A DNA stretch of 64,000 nucleotides, from the NCBI GenBank assembly GCA_028023455.1, contig JAQFVV010000001.1, positions 7,688,001-7,752,000 of the forward strand. The letters are read 5' to 3'. The notes beneath the pieces were generated by a model. It was given only the letters and a program-made list of their open reading frames with translations, was not told the DNA's origin and did no database searches. Source of the DNA: Epiperipatus broadwayi. Taxonomy: Eukaryota > Animalia > Onychophora. A program made the position numbers and the translations under genes. The first letter of the stretch is position 1, and each line of letters starts with the position of its first letter. This document shows, piece after piece, positions 12,086 to 24,708 of this stretch.

Positions 12086-12448
12086 CAGATGGTAGTGAAA
12101 TTATTGATCCTCATTCTCAGATGAGTTTTTGTCTTTATCAATAAAAACTTGGGATTCAAAGCTGGAAAAAATACCTTTATACATCTGATAGTCATCTTTA
12201 ACTCCCTTTCCCCTTATTACCAAGCTAATAGCTAAAAACAAACAAACACAAGTGAAACTATTTATATGGTTATACAGATGTGACCCAGATCATTAACTAT
12301 ATAATTTAACAATTTCAATTCTATTCTAGCTGTAAATATATTTCTTTTATCCTCTTTTGCACTGACTTCAGCTTTGAATCCTGAGTTCTCTTAATAAAGG
12401 CAAAAGCCAAAAACTGGTTTGAAGATTAATACATTGCACTATCATCTG
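12086..12448. mobile_element. Decayed MITE with ~90-bp imperfect terminal inverted repeats
   Basis: cagatggtagtg..ttgtctttatcaataaaaacttgggattcaaagctg pairs with cagctttgaatcctgagttctcttaataaaggcaa..cactatcatctg. Confidence 0.6.
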
Positions 12449-13204
12449 CCAACTATTAATTACTGAAGCTTATAATAGATGGTGCTAGAATAAAGGAGAA
12501 ATTAATAAATGAAAAGTAAAATATAAAATAATAATTATTATTCTTACCAAATATGATCAAGTTCTCTTTAAACAACATCATTTAAAAGATTCTAACTAAA
12601 TTTCTTAATTTTATTTACAAGAAACTTCATCCATATCTTTTTCTTCTCAGTTTTGACTTATACTCTTTTAAAGATTCTTTTCATTTTTTAAAATATTGAT
12701 ATTTATTTTTTCATTTAAAAATAATTTTTTTATGCTTCTCAAAGAGAAAAGATAATATAATTTGCTAGTTATTTAAATAATTTAATTGGAGCTAATTAAT
12801 ATAAAGCATTAAAATGGAAATCACTCTCATAACATTACTTTTCCAAAGCCACAAATGACAATAGTTAAATCTTATGAAGTAATGACTTCCAAGGTAGAAA
12901 AAAAAAAAAAAGGATATAAAGAACTGGATCATATAAAGTAGTTTAAAAAAAAACTAAAACAATTAGAAAATATGATACTAAAAAAGGTAAATATAGTAAA
13001 CAATTGCATCAAAACTTTTGGCATTATACACACATAGACATAATGTCTTGGTAAGAAAATTTCCAAAATAATAAAAGAATTACGAAAAACAAATAAAAGC
13101 AGAATAAATGAGTAATAACAATAATACAAAAGAATTATTACAAAAAGTTAAAAGAATATAAAGATTAAACAGACTGCTTCATTAAAAAAAACAAAAAATA
13201 TATA

Positions 13205-14164
13205 CACCTGGGTCTTGTTTTATGCGGATTATTTTAATGCAATTCATGTTTCTTCTTAATATCTTTCATATTTCACTATATTTATTAGATATCAAGAAAT
13301 TTAAATTATTAATAACTTATTTTAACTTGAAATAGTTTTTTTTTTTCAAAAATATAACGCATATTAGCAGCTAACATGAATACGGCCTGAATCTGTATTT
13401 AGAATTTTAGCTTCTACGTAAATAACCTATTTATACTAATGAGTAAATAATAATAATAGATTTATACTTAAATATAAAAATATCGCAATATTATTGCAAT
13501 AAATATTCAAAAAAATTAAACTTTTAAAACGTATATTTTGTTATATATAACAGAAATAAATAATCTTTTAGATTTTTAAAATAAAAAACGAAGATTTTAT
13601 AAACTGAAAATAATCTTTCTAATGATAATCTTTTTGTTTTGATTTCGATCTCATTTTTTTAATATAGAAACAGAAAACCATTAACACAGCATAAGACTGA
13701 AAGTGGCGCTAGTTGTACATCACATCACGAATAAAAATAAAGTGGCTAACAGGTTTCTCTGCACATAATTGCTGAGAGATTCTTGACTTTGTTTAAGGAG
13801 AAGCTACAATACATCACATCACATCGAGTCTGATTTCTTTCCAGTTTACAAATGAACGCTAGCTGTAATGATTAAAATATATATGAAAAATGTAAAATTA
13901 AATATTGTAGTTAATAAAAAAAGTTTGTCTTGTATTAATTTTTTTCAAATATTTGAAATTTTTTATTAGTCAAACTTTATTTGCTTATTTTTTTAATGCG
14001 AATTTTAAAATAATTTTTTTTTGTTGCTTTGCTTTTATGTGAATTCTGAAAATTACAGACCCTATCCTCTATTTTTCAAGGTGAGTTAAGTCTATTTTTG
14101 TGCGATTTTTTTTAATGTGGGTTTTCTGTGGAACCTATCTACCGCATAAAACGAGACCCAGGTG
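13205..14164. mobile_element. Tc1/mariner-superfamily (pogo/Tigger-like) MITE, 960 bp
   Basis: TIR CACCTGGGTCT(T/C)GTTTTATGCGG (23 nt, 1 mismatch); TA target duplication at 13203-13204 and 14165-14166. Confidence 0.85.
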
Positions 14165-14584
14165 TATATTATTTAGATATAAAAACCATTAATAAGTTGG
14201 ATTTCATTCTGCAACATAATAATTAGTTCATGCTTTCAAAAAACTTTTTTTTAAAAATTTCTAAAATATAATTAATTATAGTAAAAAGCTTAAAGCCAAA
14301 AAAAAAAAAAAAAAAGAGTTCAAAATAGAGAATTCTTGCATTACATAAATTAAAAAAGAAAACAGTAATTTAAAAAAGAAACATTAAAAAAACTATCCTG
14401 ATATATATAGCTATATTGGCAAAAGATAAATCTATAGAAATGTGAAACCAAGCTATTATTTCATAATAAAAAAAAATCCACACATTTTAGACTACACACA
14501 CACACACATTTAATAAGAGAATGCATAATAAATAAAGTGAATAAAATAGCAATTATTTCTAATGAATTCAATATAAATACTAAC

Positions 14585-14683
14585 CTGAAATTTTAATTGT
14601 TCTAATATATGCTCAGGTATGTTATTTTCTGAAGTATAATTTAGTTTACTGGAATTTTGGACTTGCCTTAGCAAATATAAAAC
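14585..14683 (-). CDS. KIF4: KIF4-like exon (VLYLLRQVQNSSK...LEQLKFQ), phase 0/0
   Basis: atttag acceptor, gttagt donor; 99 nt; matches KIF4A KVLYLLSQLQ...LKCQ. Confidence 0.9.
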
Positions 14684-15572
14684 CTAAATCAAAATTGAAC
14701 ACTATTTAAGCCATAATTTAATGCATTTAGAAATACAAAATTAGATTGGCAATATAAAAAAATTTCAACCATGCATGTCATTAAAATCATATGTTTCTTT
14801 TTTAAAAAATTATTAATTTTTGTATATTTATTTTCACATAAAAATCTTTTTGTATTTGAATTTACACATGTAAATAAAATTAAACAGTAGAAGCTAGACT
14901 GGAAATTATATGAAAAGCAAAATCACTCTTTGGTTAAAAATTTTAAATCAAAGTTTCTAGCCAAAGTTTAATGAAACTACAAAATAAAGTTAGTGACTCA
15001 TACCAATGCAAAGATAAAAGCAGCTATGTTTTATTAACAACAGAAAATTCTTGCAGACAATCCTGGAGTATAACTTCAGCTTTAATTAATACTGATATAG
15101 TAAAATATTTAAACTAAAATCACAAAATTAATTTCAAAAGTGGAAAAAAAAAATCAAAATTTAAAAACACAAATCTATGAATAATTTTTAAATAGAGACA
15201 GAAAATTAATACCATAACGCAAAATATTTATTAAACATTCTCTGACTTTTTATTTATAAGTTATAATATACAGTTTTGAATTTTCAATAGTTTTAATTTT
15301 TTTTCACTCCTGAAATTAATCATGTATTTTTAATTTAAATATGTCACTATTATCTCCACTGGACAAAATATGTATTGTGATGAGATGGTTCTCTGATTCT
15401 GTTCTTCCATTGGTATGGGTATCTAGCTATTTATTTTGGATTTTACTAACAGATGTTTCATTTTATATTTTACACATACATATAACAAAAATACAACTAT
15501 ATATACATAAAAAAGAAAAATGATTTTGAAGCTAATTTACTAATAAATTATCACTATATATGTCAAACATTG

Positions 15573-15632
15573 GTAGTCGAGAGGTCAGTGACAGCTGCTT
15601 TACAAGGAGTTGTCCTGGGTTAGCTTCCCACC
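15573..15632 (+). mobile_element. Degenerate tRNA-derived SINE head
   Basis: A-box-like TAGTCGAGAGG and B-box-like GGTTAGCTTCCC at tRNA-like spacing; no full cloverleaf. Confidence 0.35.
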
Positions 15633-16236
15633 TGATGCTATGACACATGAGAAAAAAAAAAAAAAACTATCACTATATATAAAATATGCCTAACATAATT
15701 TTGATATTATCAAATTAAGATAACTTTCAATAATTATTTTGTAGAGTAGTTCTAGTTTGATTTTTGTTTCTAATTATTCCTTATTTTGCAAACAATATTA
15801 ACTTTTTAAGTGAGAATATATATTGTATTTCAAGTTCATGCAACAAAAATGGAATTATTAGGTACCTTCTTTTGCTAGAATTGGTGAGCATTCAATATAA
15901 TCAAAAAATTTGATATGGATATAATTTTGGATTTTTAATAATTGTACAACAATGCAATAATCTAGACAATATTGTTTATATTAAATAATAAATCTATAAA
16001 ATGTTTAAAAAGTTTATTCCAAATGTAATGTGATGTTAGGATATATATCAAAAAATGTTACTATTTTTAGAAACCTTTAATGAAGAATAATCAAATTAAC
16101 ATTCTAAACAAACCTATCTGACTTTAATAACCGAATTAAATGTAATATTTTCCCAACAAACAAATAAAAAAAAAAAAAGCTAGTGATACTATATGATGTT
16201 TTTTACAAAGAATTCTAAACATATGTCAGAAAAAAA

Positions 16237-16473
16237 TTAACATAGAATTTCATTCTTCAATGCCGACTGACAATCTGTACTATTAATAAAATTGCTATCA
16301 TCAATAAATCTTAAATAGTTTTGTGTCTCAAATATTTCAAGAACAACTATTACACTTAGACGTATGCTAATATTTTCACAAACTAAACTCAGCATCTCAT
16401 CAATATAATTAAGCAAAAAACCCCATGATTTTAGTATTTCTCTTTTTGAATGCATAAACTTAAAATAAAGCAT
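16237..16473 (-). pseudogene. Possible degenerate Penelope-like RT fragment
   Basis: ORF contains YLRFIDD, resembling the PLE catalytic motif; flanking motifs are poorly preserved. Confidence 0.3.
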
Positions 16474-16889
16474 GCTTTCTTTATCAATGAAGTCATTTTA
16501 ATAATCAAAGAATTAATCTTAGTCAATTAAGTAATTATTGGAAGTCTGTTTTATAATCACTAAATTTTTGTGTATTTATTTGTGTCCAGAAAGTGGTAAA
16601 CAAGGCTTAAATTTTATCCATAGTAATAATCCATCTGTTTGAGTTACAATTACATTATTTTTTGATTTTATTTCATTATATATAAAACTATTAATTAAAG
16701 CTATGTGGCCATATCAAAAAAAAAAAAAAAGAAAATTAAAAGTAATTTTAAATTAAGTATAATCTTGGACAGGCATGGACAACCTATGAATCTTTAGACA
16801 TTTTATAGAACCCAATAAATTCATGATTATATCACATAATTTAGTATATAAAACATATGCATTTCCTTTAAAAATAATTTTGTTTTGGT

Positions 16890-17260
16890 ATCATCATTTT
16901 CAACCATTATCAAACCACATTAGGATGAAGGTTTCCAAATTTAATCCAGTTTGTCTGATCTCTAGCCTTTCTTATCCACATCATACTAGAAAATTTGTTT
17001 ATTTCATCTATTCATCTCACATATGATCCTAGGTCTTTAACAATCTCTTGGGATCCAGTTTAACATTTCAACTATCCATCTATTATCATCTCTTTGAGAA
17101 ATATATTCAGTCCAGCTGCCATTTCTTAATTCTATTAATAATGTCAGTAATACCTGTGAATTCTCTCACCCATGTATTTTGTTTTTGATTCCTTCTTGTT
17201 TTTTCTAACATATATCTCTCCACATTTCATTGAGTGGTTTGAATTAATCTTTTGTTACGT
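16890..17260 (-). mobile_element. RTE-clade LINE 3' end remnant
   Basis: Broken translation SWTEYISQRDDNRWIVEMLNWIPRDC*RPR...ETFILMWFDNG* plus a TGA-repeat tail; same family as 46740-47830. Confidence 0.7.
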
Positions 17261-18397
17261 GTCAAATGTCAGTTTCCTAAATATGAATTGGTAAAACAAA
17301 ATAATTATTAATAATTTTTAATTCTATAATTTTATTTTATTTTGGTATATTTAAATTAAATATGACATATGTAAACTGATTTATGATGTTACAATATATC
17401 ATGAACTCTACTCAAAAATGTTTCCCATGCCAGTCAATATCCAAAATTCAAATCACCAATATTATCAGAGAAAGCAGAAAGAGAATTTAAGTTCTTCAAT
17501 TTGGCATAAAAAGTGTAAAATACTTAGAATGGCAAAATAAATAATTGAAACAACAACACTATTATCTTAATTATTAAGCTTCCTCCAAAAAAAAAAAAAA
17601 AAGGAAAAAGAATACATTAATACTATAGTCAATATCAAAAGCAGGAAATCTATAAATAGCATCTGAAATTAACAAATAGAATAAAAACAATTTGAGAGAT
17701 TTTTTTTTTTTTTAGAGACATGTGACACTTGAAGGTAGTTTATTTTATTTATGTTGAAAATTGTATTGAAACATATTAAAAAAGAATGAACAAAATAAAG
17801 AGAATTAAGCAGTGCAATCTGTGCCAAGAGAATACCTTTAATTAAACTTAAAAAAAAAAAGGTTATACAAAACAATTATAATGTTACTATTCCTACACGG
17901 AAAGATTTAATAATAATCAGGAAGACAAATAAATAGTAAGATAAAATATGACAAGTTTAGGAGAGCACTGAAGGGTAAGACATATTTAGGATAGAATTAG
18001 ATAAAACATCTCTATGATAGACTTATAGGAAAAAAAATCATGCAAACTATGTAGAAATCTAAAATTCAACAACTATTATAAAATAAACCCATAAAAAGGC
18101 CATCAAAACATGGAGAATATTTTGATAAAGACCTGATATATGTGAAAGTTAAAATAAGTATATAAAATAATAAATATTATAGAAACAGTTCTATACTACT
18201 GAAAGCAAACTTATTTGATAAACAAAGAAAAATAATATACAGTTTATAAAATTTTTAGTTATTTTAAGTAAGACTTGAAAAGTAGAGAAAAAATACAAGC
18301 GACATTATAAAAATCATAACTTTCCAAGAATAAATATTATCTAATTGAATAATGAAGTTAGCTTCATACTAATATTGTAAAATCAATATATATATAT

Positions 18398-20171
18398 TAT
18401 AACCACCCACGGGACCGTGACATTTCACTACCTACTCTAATCCTTGCTTGACGATTCCTTTTTTTGTTGGCACCCGCTGTGTTCTTCCGTCCGGGGATTA
18501 CATGATGTTCTGCGACGATAATTTCTAACACCCATACACGTACGCTTTATTTATTTTATACATAGATTCGAATCGAATCCCAGTAATAGGCGCCAGGAGA
18601 ACTTTTAGAAGAGTCCGCCACGTATGTGCATAAGCCCACTCAATTATATCACAAAACATGCCCGTGCCTCGCTCCAGTCGGAAACATGAAACGAACACAG
18701 CCACAATTACCCTTCACACTACCTCCGTTATTATAATCATAGAAGGGCCCGCCCTACATCCCACAGAACAAATTAATCCAATTTAACTTTAGTCTAAAAA
18801 GCATCACGACATAAGCATAAAATCAATAAAATCCCACCCCCAAAATATCAACTGCATTCAGCATAAAATCAATAAAATCCCACCCCCAAAATATCAACTG
18901 CATTCATTTCCATACAAACAAACTTACGCTAAAGCATTCATTCCGATATATATAAATTTATGTTGAAATTCCAAGCAATTAAATAACAAAAAAATTAGCT
19001 ACATAAATATTTATTTAATCTGTTTAATAATGATTAACGCAGGTATGTGATCGGCAAGCCGAGACAATTAACGGTAAACTTCAAATTACTTTGCACATAT
19101 TATTTCAGACTGTTGATCAGTCGGCAAATTTATTAGGTAAAAAATTCTCGAACTGTTCATAAATGATTAATATTAATTATACTGTTTTAGATTAATGTCT
19201 TTCTAATAGTTCTGGATATTAAAGTTATTTCTTTAAGTGCACAATTGAATATAACAAATTTTACGATAGCTACCTGTGAAATGTAGAGCGATGTAATGGG
19301 ATCCTGAGCGAAGATTATTTTTAATAGGTATTCCATTTGGTTCCAAGGTGGTCCTAATATGAGGTTCTCCGGTGGATGGCAACCACGGACGAGTCCGCGG
19401 TACGCGAATTCTATATTCAGCAAGCATGGCAGTTAGATTCATAACGTCTAATAAAAATCAAGTCTCTTAATAATTTCTCTAAAGAAGAGCACAACTGTCC
19501 TCTGAAAACGCTGTTCGGCCTTTTTGATCTTTGCCTTCACGCCCTCACACCTTGAATTTTTCTCCTCCAATCAATCCCATGCACCTGTGAGTCCCTTTAT
19601 TTGATAAGTCCATCGCGTGTCAGCTCAATCGAGATTTCTGGGATTGTTGACATTAGTTTGGACTTTAACCGTTTTTCTTAGGTATTGTTTTCTGGGGACA
19701 AAATCTGAGTGTAAATAGCGGTGTACACTTTCACACCTCTGTTTGGTGGACATATCCTGCTATTGTTTAATTTCTCATTTTACATTTACTAATTACGTTT
19801 GTACAAATTAATCTGAGATTGCTTGGAATTTCAGAACATATTGCTAATTAATTTAAATTATTTGATAAAAGTTAAACTTGCGTTCAATCATTTTCCTTAA
19901 TTAATCAAAATGAATAAAAAAAACTACAAGAGGATTATAGATTTATTCTTAGAAAAAAATAATAAAATAAAAAATTTTTACTTTTTCAATAAATCTGACA
20001 GGTACTCTTATATAGTGTGATCGCTTTTAGAAACGGCTGTTCTTCGCTATTATTAAAGCAAGACCGCTTTTATAAAAGTTTTGTCCCTGTCAGTTATTTC
20101 GTCCATTGATTATAGTTAAATATACCCCCATACGCCTGGGTTTGAATACCATGTAACGCTATTCCGTTACA
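18398..20171 (-). repeat. 3' LTR (1774 bp); contains a 45/46-bp tandem duplication at 18815-18905
   Basis: Direct repeat of 24730-26614; on the minus strand TGTAAC...GTTATA (terminal CA changed to TA). Confidence 0.95.
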
Positions 20172-20184
20172 TATCTCCCCGCCC
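20172..20184 (-). other. Polypurine tract
   Basis: GGGCGGGGAGATA immediately 5' of the 3' LTR on the minus strand. Confidence 0.8.
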
Positions 20185-20236
20185 GGTGTAGAGTAAAATC
20201 CGATGTTGCGGGTTTTAGCTCTGAGAAGGAGCGAAG

Positions 20237-23200
20237 TTATTCGGCCCTCTTCAGTGCCCTGGCATTGAATGTTCCCTTCCCTTGTGCTAGTACAAAGGCG
20301 TTATTTCCATACGCCTTGACGATCTCATATGGGCCCTCATAGATGTCGAGAAATTTCTTGAATACGTTCTGTTCCGGTCGACTGACCGGATTGGATTTTA
20401 CCATCACTTTGTCTCCCACGGTGAACGTATTTTGGGTCGGCCTCTTGGTTTGCCTTCGTTTCTCCCCCATATGTTCCAATCTCCGTAAAGCCATCTGTTT
20501 GTCCTGTTTTCGGTCAACTCTTCCTGTCCGGATCAACGGTCTATCATCGTACGGGTAAGGTATAGGTCGTCCATAATGGAGTCGACTTGGTTCAAGTCCA
20601 GTGGACTCATTTTTCGAGGTATTGATCATGGCAATAATCCGGGGAATCTCCCGAACCCATTTCCGATGATCTCCGGCAGTGTATACGCGGAATAGCCGCC
20701 CCAACTCCCGCATCACCCGCTCGCATGGGTTGCTCTGCGGGTTCCGGATAGACGTCATATGATGTTTGATCCCCAGTTGGTTCACCCATCGCCTCCATAT
20801 CCTTGATACAAACGGTGTGCCATGATCCGATAAGAGGCACTTAGGTTTCCCGATGATGGGAAACTGTTTGGTTTCCAACAGTTTGATGGTCTGGTTCGCA
20901 TTAGCCCGGGCCATGGGGTACGCGGCGACGATTTTGGAGCACAGATCATATGTGACCAGCAAATACCTCTTCCCCCCAAACATTGGCAATGGCCCGTAGT
21001 AATCGATAGCCAGGGTGTGGTTTGGTTCCCGGGCGATGATCGGTATCTGAGGTCCTTCATTCGACCGATTTAACGGTTTTGTCCTCGCACAAACCTCACA
21101 CTTCCGTAGTCTTCGGGCAATGTCGTGGTGCATCCCCGGCCAGTAAAACCAATTACTGAGGTACCCCTCCGTCTTGCTCGTTCCGTAATGGCCACGTTCC
21201 TGATGGGTCTCATCAACCATTCGATCCCGCATTCCCTTCGGTATTACAATGCGGGTTTGTCTCCCGTTCCCGGTTTTCCTTTGGACTATTCCTTCCAGAA
21301 TAATGCACCGGTCCCGATATTTCCATAGCGGGCTTCCCCCCGTCTCTTCCCCTTTCTGGGCGGGCCCTGCCTTCGGCCTCTTCTCACGTAGGTATCGTAT
21401 TACCTGTTGGCATTCTTCATCCTCTTTCTGGCTCTTCCGAATGTTGTCCGCTCCAAACTCACCCTCCCTGCTTCGCCTGGTAGTAGCGGCTATGTACGCG
21501 AACTCCTCACCCTCGGCATTTGGCTGTGGTCCCACAGGGTACCGGCTCAGTGCGTCCGCGACCACGTTATCCTTCCCCTTACAATATTCCACTTCATATT
21601 GGAACTCCTGCAGGGCTAAGCTCCACCTCACTAATCTATTATTCGTCAAAAAACTCTTGTTCAGAAATTCAAGACTCTGATGGTCGGTAATTACTTTCAC
21701 TTTGGATCCGACCAGGTACTGTCTGAACTTTTTGAAAGCCCACACTATGGCGAGGGCCTCTCGTTCGGTGACAGTGTATCTTCGTTCGGGATCTTTGAGC
21801 AGTCGGCTAATGAACGCCAACACCCTTTGTTCCCCATCCGGCCCCTTTTGGTACAATGTGGCTCCTAGCCCAATGTCGCTACTATCCGTCTGTAACCAAA
21901 ATATCTGGTCGAAGTCTGGGTACGCCAATATGGTCTGTTTTAAAAATCCTTCCTTCACCTTCTGGAAACTCCGTTCCCGTCTCTCATCCCATATCCACGC
22001 TTCCTCCTTTCTTAACAATTGTAATAGGGGTTCCATATCATGGGAGAAGTTTTCATAGAATTTGTTATAGAAGGTGCACATTCCGAGGAATGCTTTGATA
22101 TCCTTTCTCTTCTTCGGAACAGGGAATTCTTGGATGGCCTGGATCTTTTCAGGGTTAGGCCGTATTCCCTCCTGGCTTATGATATGTCCCAAGAACTTGA
22201 CTTCCTGGGTCGCGAAGTGGCTTTTTCTTATATTTATTTTTATGCCCTTCTGTTCGCATTCATGGAGCAACATTTCTAAATGCCGACAATGCTCCTCTAT
22301 GTTTTCAGACGCTATAATAATATCGTCGACGTACATCGTGACGAATTTCTTAACTTCCTCTGATAGGGTTTGGTCCAGGCACTGCACTAAGCCAGCACCG
22401 CTATTCTTTAATCCGAAAGGCACGCGGTTAAACTGGTACGCCCGTCCGTTATATTTGAATGTGGTGTATTTACGATCATCCGGATGGAGGCTCATTTGCC
22501 AGTAGCTATTTGTCAAATCCATGGTGGAGAAGATTCGCTTGTGCTGAAATCTCGTCATCAGTTCGCTCATGATGGGCGGGGCATTTGTATCTGGAATGGT
22601 CACCTTGTTCAGTTGTCTGGCATCGAGGCACAATCGTATCGATCCGTCACTCTTTCTTACGGCTAAGATGGGGTTACAGTACGGTGAGGTACACTTCGAG
22701 ATAACCCCCCACTCTATCATCTGCTCCAGCTGAGTTTCAATTTCCTTTCTGTATTGGAATGGGATTGGGTACGCCCTGGTTTGATATGGGTTGCTGGTGT
22801 TCAACCGGATTCGGTGTTCGTACCCCTTGATTACTCCCGGTTTATCCGAGAAAACACTCTCGTAAGTCCCCAGTATTCCTTGGATCTTCTCTCTCTGCCC
22901 TTCATCTGGCCCTGCCATTTCCTTCACCCTTTTCTCAATTTCCCCTTTTATCATGATACATTGCAGTTTCCTCTGCCCTTCCGGTTCTTTATCCATGGTT
23001 TCCCCAAACGGCACCGTGACCCTACCGATTCTTGCTTGTTCAGTCCCATAATCAATGTTGCACTTTGCCATTCTCATAAAATCAGACCCTAACACCAAGT
23101 CGTGTATCAGCCCCTCAAGTATTAACACAACCTGGGTGAATTCCTGTCCTGCAATAACTATATTCGCCCACACCTGTTTGGTCTGTATTTTTGCCCTCTT

Positions 23201-23938
23201 CCCATTGGCCAGTATAACCTGGGTCCCTTTCAATGGCAAGATTTTCAGTCCTGTCTTCCCTTGGGCGATCCTGTCAAACGTTTCCTGAGCCATTACCGAC
23301 ACCTGACTTCCTGTATCCAGCAGCGCCCTCGCATGCACCCCTTGGATTGATACCTCGATCTTGGGGCACTCCTGTTTTCCCCGGGGTCCTTCCCCCCCTT
23401 CATCTTGTGCTATGTTAGCTATCCGGATCCCATCCTTCCCTTCTCCGATGAAATAGTCATCATTTTCGGCCGCATCTAATATCTCCAACACTCGTTTTAT
23501 CTCAGTTTTCCCCTCAATTACTTGTCTAATCTCCCTGGGCAGGTTGCGCCCCGCTATCCTGATTTGCCGCTCTTCCGGTACTCGATATTCACTGATTTTT
23601 CTTAACCTTGCCACCTGTCGCTGTATGAAGGTACTGTACGTTTCATCTTCTCCCTTTTCGCTTTGCTCTATCGCCCACCTTTCCCTTTCTTGTTGGGCTA
23701 GTCCCCAATATCTTCCCATGATGGCTCTTTGGTATTCTTCAAACGTCTCCGGTTTCTCTTTCATCGACTCCCACCAGTCCACGACCTCCCCTTGGATGTG
23801 GCTGCATGCAATCGCTATCTTTGACTCTTCACTAAACTGCCCGCACGAGAACAACCTCTTTAGACTTTCCACATGTCGACACGGGCTTTCGTCTCCCTTT
23901 CCTGTAAAATGTTCCAGCTTAATCCACTTTCCCTCCAT
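20237..23938 (-). CDS. Gag-Pol polyprotein, 1233 aa (short capsid Gag, aspartic protease, RT, RNase H, integrase with GPY/F motif)
   Basis: LLDTGS protease; YVDD RT; TDSS RNase H; H-X4-H..C-X2-C zinc finger; IDYYGP/SDHG/NPCERV DDE core; YEGPYEI; no stop or frameshift. Confidence 0.97.
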   Translation of the reverse strand: MEGKWIKLEHFTGKGDESPCRHVESLKRLFSCGQFSEESKIAIACSHIQGEVVDWWESMKEKPETFEEYQRAIMGRYWGLAQQERERWAIEQSEKGEDETYSTFIQRQVARLRKISEYRVPEERQIRIAGRNLPREIRQVIEGKTEIKRVLEILDAAENDDYFIGEGKDGIRIANIAQDEGGEGPRGKQECPKIEVSIQGVHARALLDTGSQVSVMAQETFDRIAQGKTGLKILPLKGTQVILANGKRAKIQTKQVWANIVIAGQEFTQVVLILEGLIHDLVLGSDFMRMAKCNIDYGTEQARIGRVTVPFGETMDKEPEGQRKLQCIMIKGEIEKRVKEMAGPDEGQREKIQGILGTYESVFSDKPGVIKGYEHRIRLNTSNPYQTRAYPIPFQYRKEIETQLEQMIEWGVISKCTSPYCNPILAVRKSDGSIRLCLDARQLNKVTIPDTNAPPIMSELMTRFQHKRIFSTMDLTNSYWQMSLHPDDRKYTTFKYNGRAYQFNRVPFGLKNSGAGLVQCLDQTLSEEVKKFVTMYVDDIIIASENIEEHCRHLEMLLHECEQKGIKINIRKSHFATQEVKFLGHIISQEGIRPNPEKIQAIQEFPVPKKRKDIKAFLGMCTFYNKFYENFSHDMEPLLQLLRKEEAWIWDERRERSFQKVKEGFLKQTILAYPDFDQIFWLQTDSSDIGLGATLYQKGPDGEQRVLAFISRLLKDPERRYTVTEREALAIVWAFKKFRQYLVGSKVKVITDHQSLEFLNKSFLTNNRLVRWSLALQEFQYEVEYCKGKDNVVADALSRYPVGPQPNAEGEEFAYIAATTRRSREGEFGADNIRKSQKEDEECQQVIRYLREKRPKAGPAQKGEETGGSPLWKYRDRCIILEGIVQRKTGNGRQTRIVIPKGMRDRMVDETHQERGHYGTSKTEGYLSNWFYWPGMHHDIARRLRKCEVCARTKPLNRSNEGPQIPIIAREPNHTLAIDYYGPLPMFGGKRYLLVTYDLCSKIVAAYPMARANANQTIKLLETKQFPIIGKPKCLLSDHGTPFVSRIWRRWVNQLGIKHHMTSIRNPQSNPCERVMRELGRLFRVYTAGDHRKWVREIPRIIAMINTSKNESTGLEPSRLHYGRPIPYPYDDRPLIRTGRVDRKQDKQMALRRLEHMGEKRRQTKRPTQNTFTVGDKVMVKSNPVSRPEQNVFKKFLDIYEGPYEIVKAYGNNAFVLAQGKGTFNARALKRAE

Positions 23939-24708
23939 TCTGTTTAATATTTAGTTTATCTTTGGCTATAATAATCCACGACTCGTCACCTACTACTCCG
24001 CGGGTCCCCCTGACTGTCTTATCCTATCCTTCGATGCTCATTGCCCTTCAAAATTCCCACAGCTCCTGTCCTTCCTTCAATTTGGTTCCTCACGCTCAGA
24101 TTATCCCAGGTCCCACTGTTCCCTTCATTTATATACGGTAGCCCTCGGTTATATTCACGGTTATACTTTACTTAACTTTTATATATATATATATATTTTT
24201 TTCTGTGGTCATCTACATATCCATGTTGTTTATACGCAACGTCCCTTTTATTTTTTAAGTAACACGAAAACTAACAAGATCCCAGATACAGTTCGTTCCC
24301 TTTTTCAAGAATACACTAATATTAAAATGATTTTCCTTTCCTTTTTTTTTTTTCGATTAAAATTATTTGCAGTTGTCTTATTAGTATAGAAATTAATTTA
24401 CGAGTTGCTTCCTTTGATACACGATATTTCCTCCACGGAATCCCGCTATTCCACAGCTTTCTACAAATATCAGTTATATCCGGCCGCTTGATTATTTTAT
24501 TAATACTACTAGAACTAAATCCCCTTCCCACTCTCTCAAGCAATATTTAATAGTTTTTTTTTTTTTTCACGATAATTCCGAAAATTTTCCCCCTGCTTTA
24601 GTAGACAATTTGTTCAGTTATTTCGAGCGCCCTCTTTTTAGATTTGCTTTCGTTGTTATTAACGTCAGCTGTACTCACGTCGGTTCTGCCCTTTGAAACA
24701 ACAGTTTC

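Noticed and set aside
15341-15523. 60-aa ORF and its open reverse frames
   Set aside because: No motif or splice context; the KIF4 exon chain is complete without it.
19187-19442. Two overlapping minus-strand ORFs inside the 3' LTR
   Set aside because: Short, with no recognisable domain; the matching part of the other LTR is unreliable, so conservation cannot be tested.
20343-23954. About 20 short plus-strand ORFs (60-143 aa) over the Gag-Pol region
   Set aside because: Antisense shadows of a GC-richer coding sequence; no recognisable motifs.
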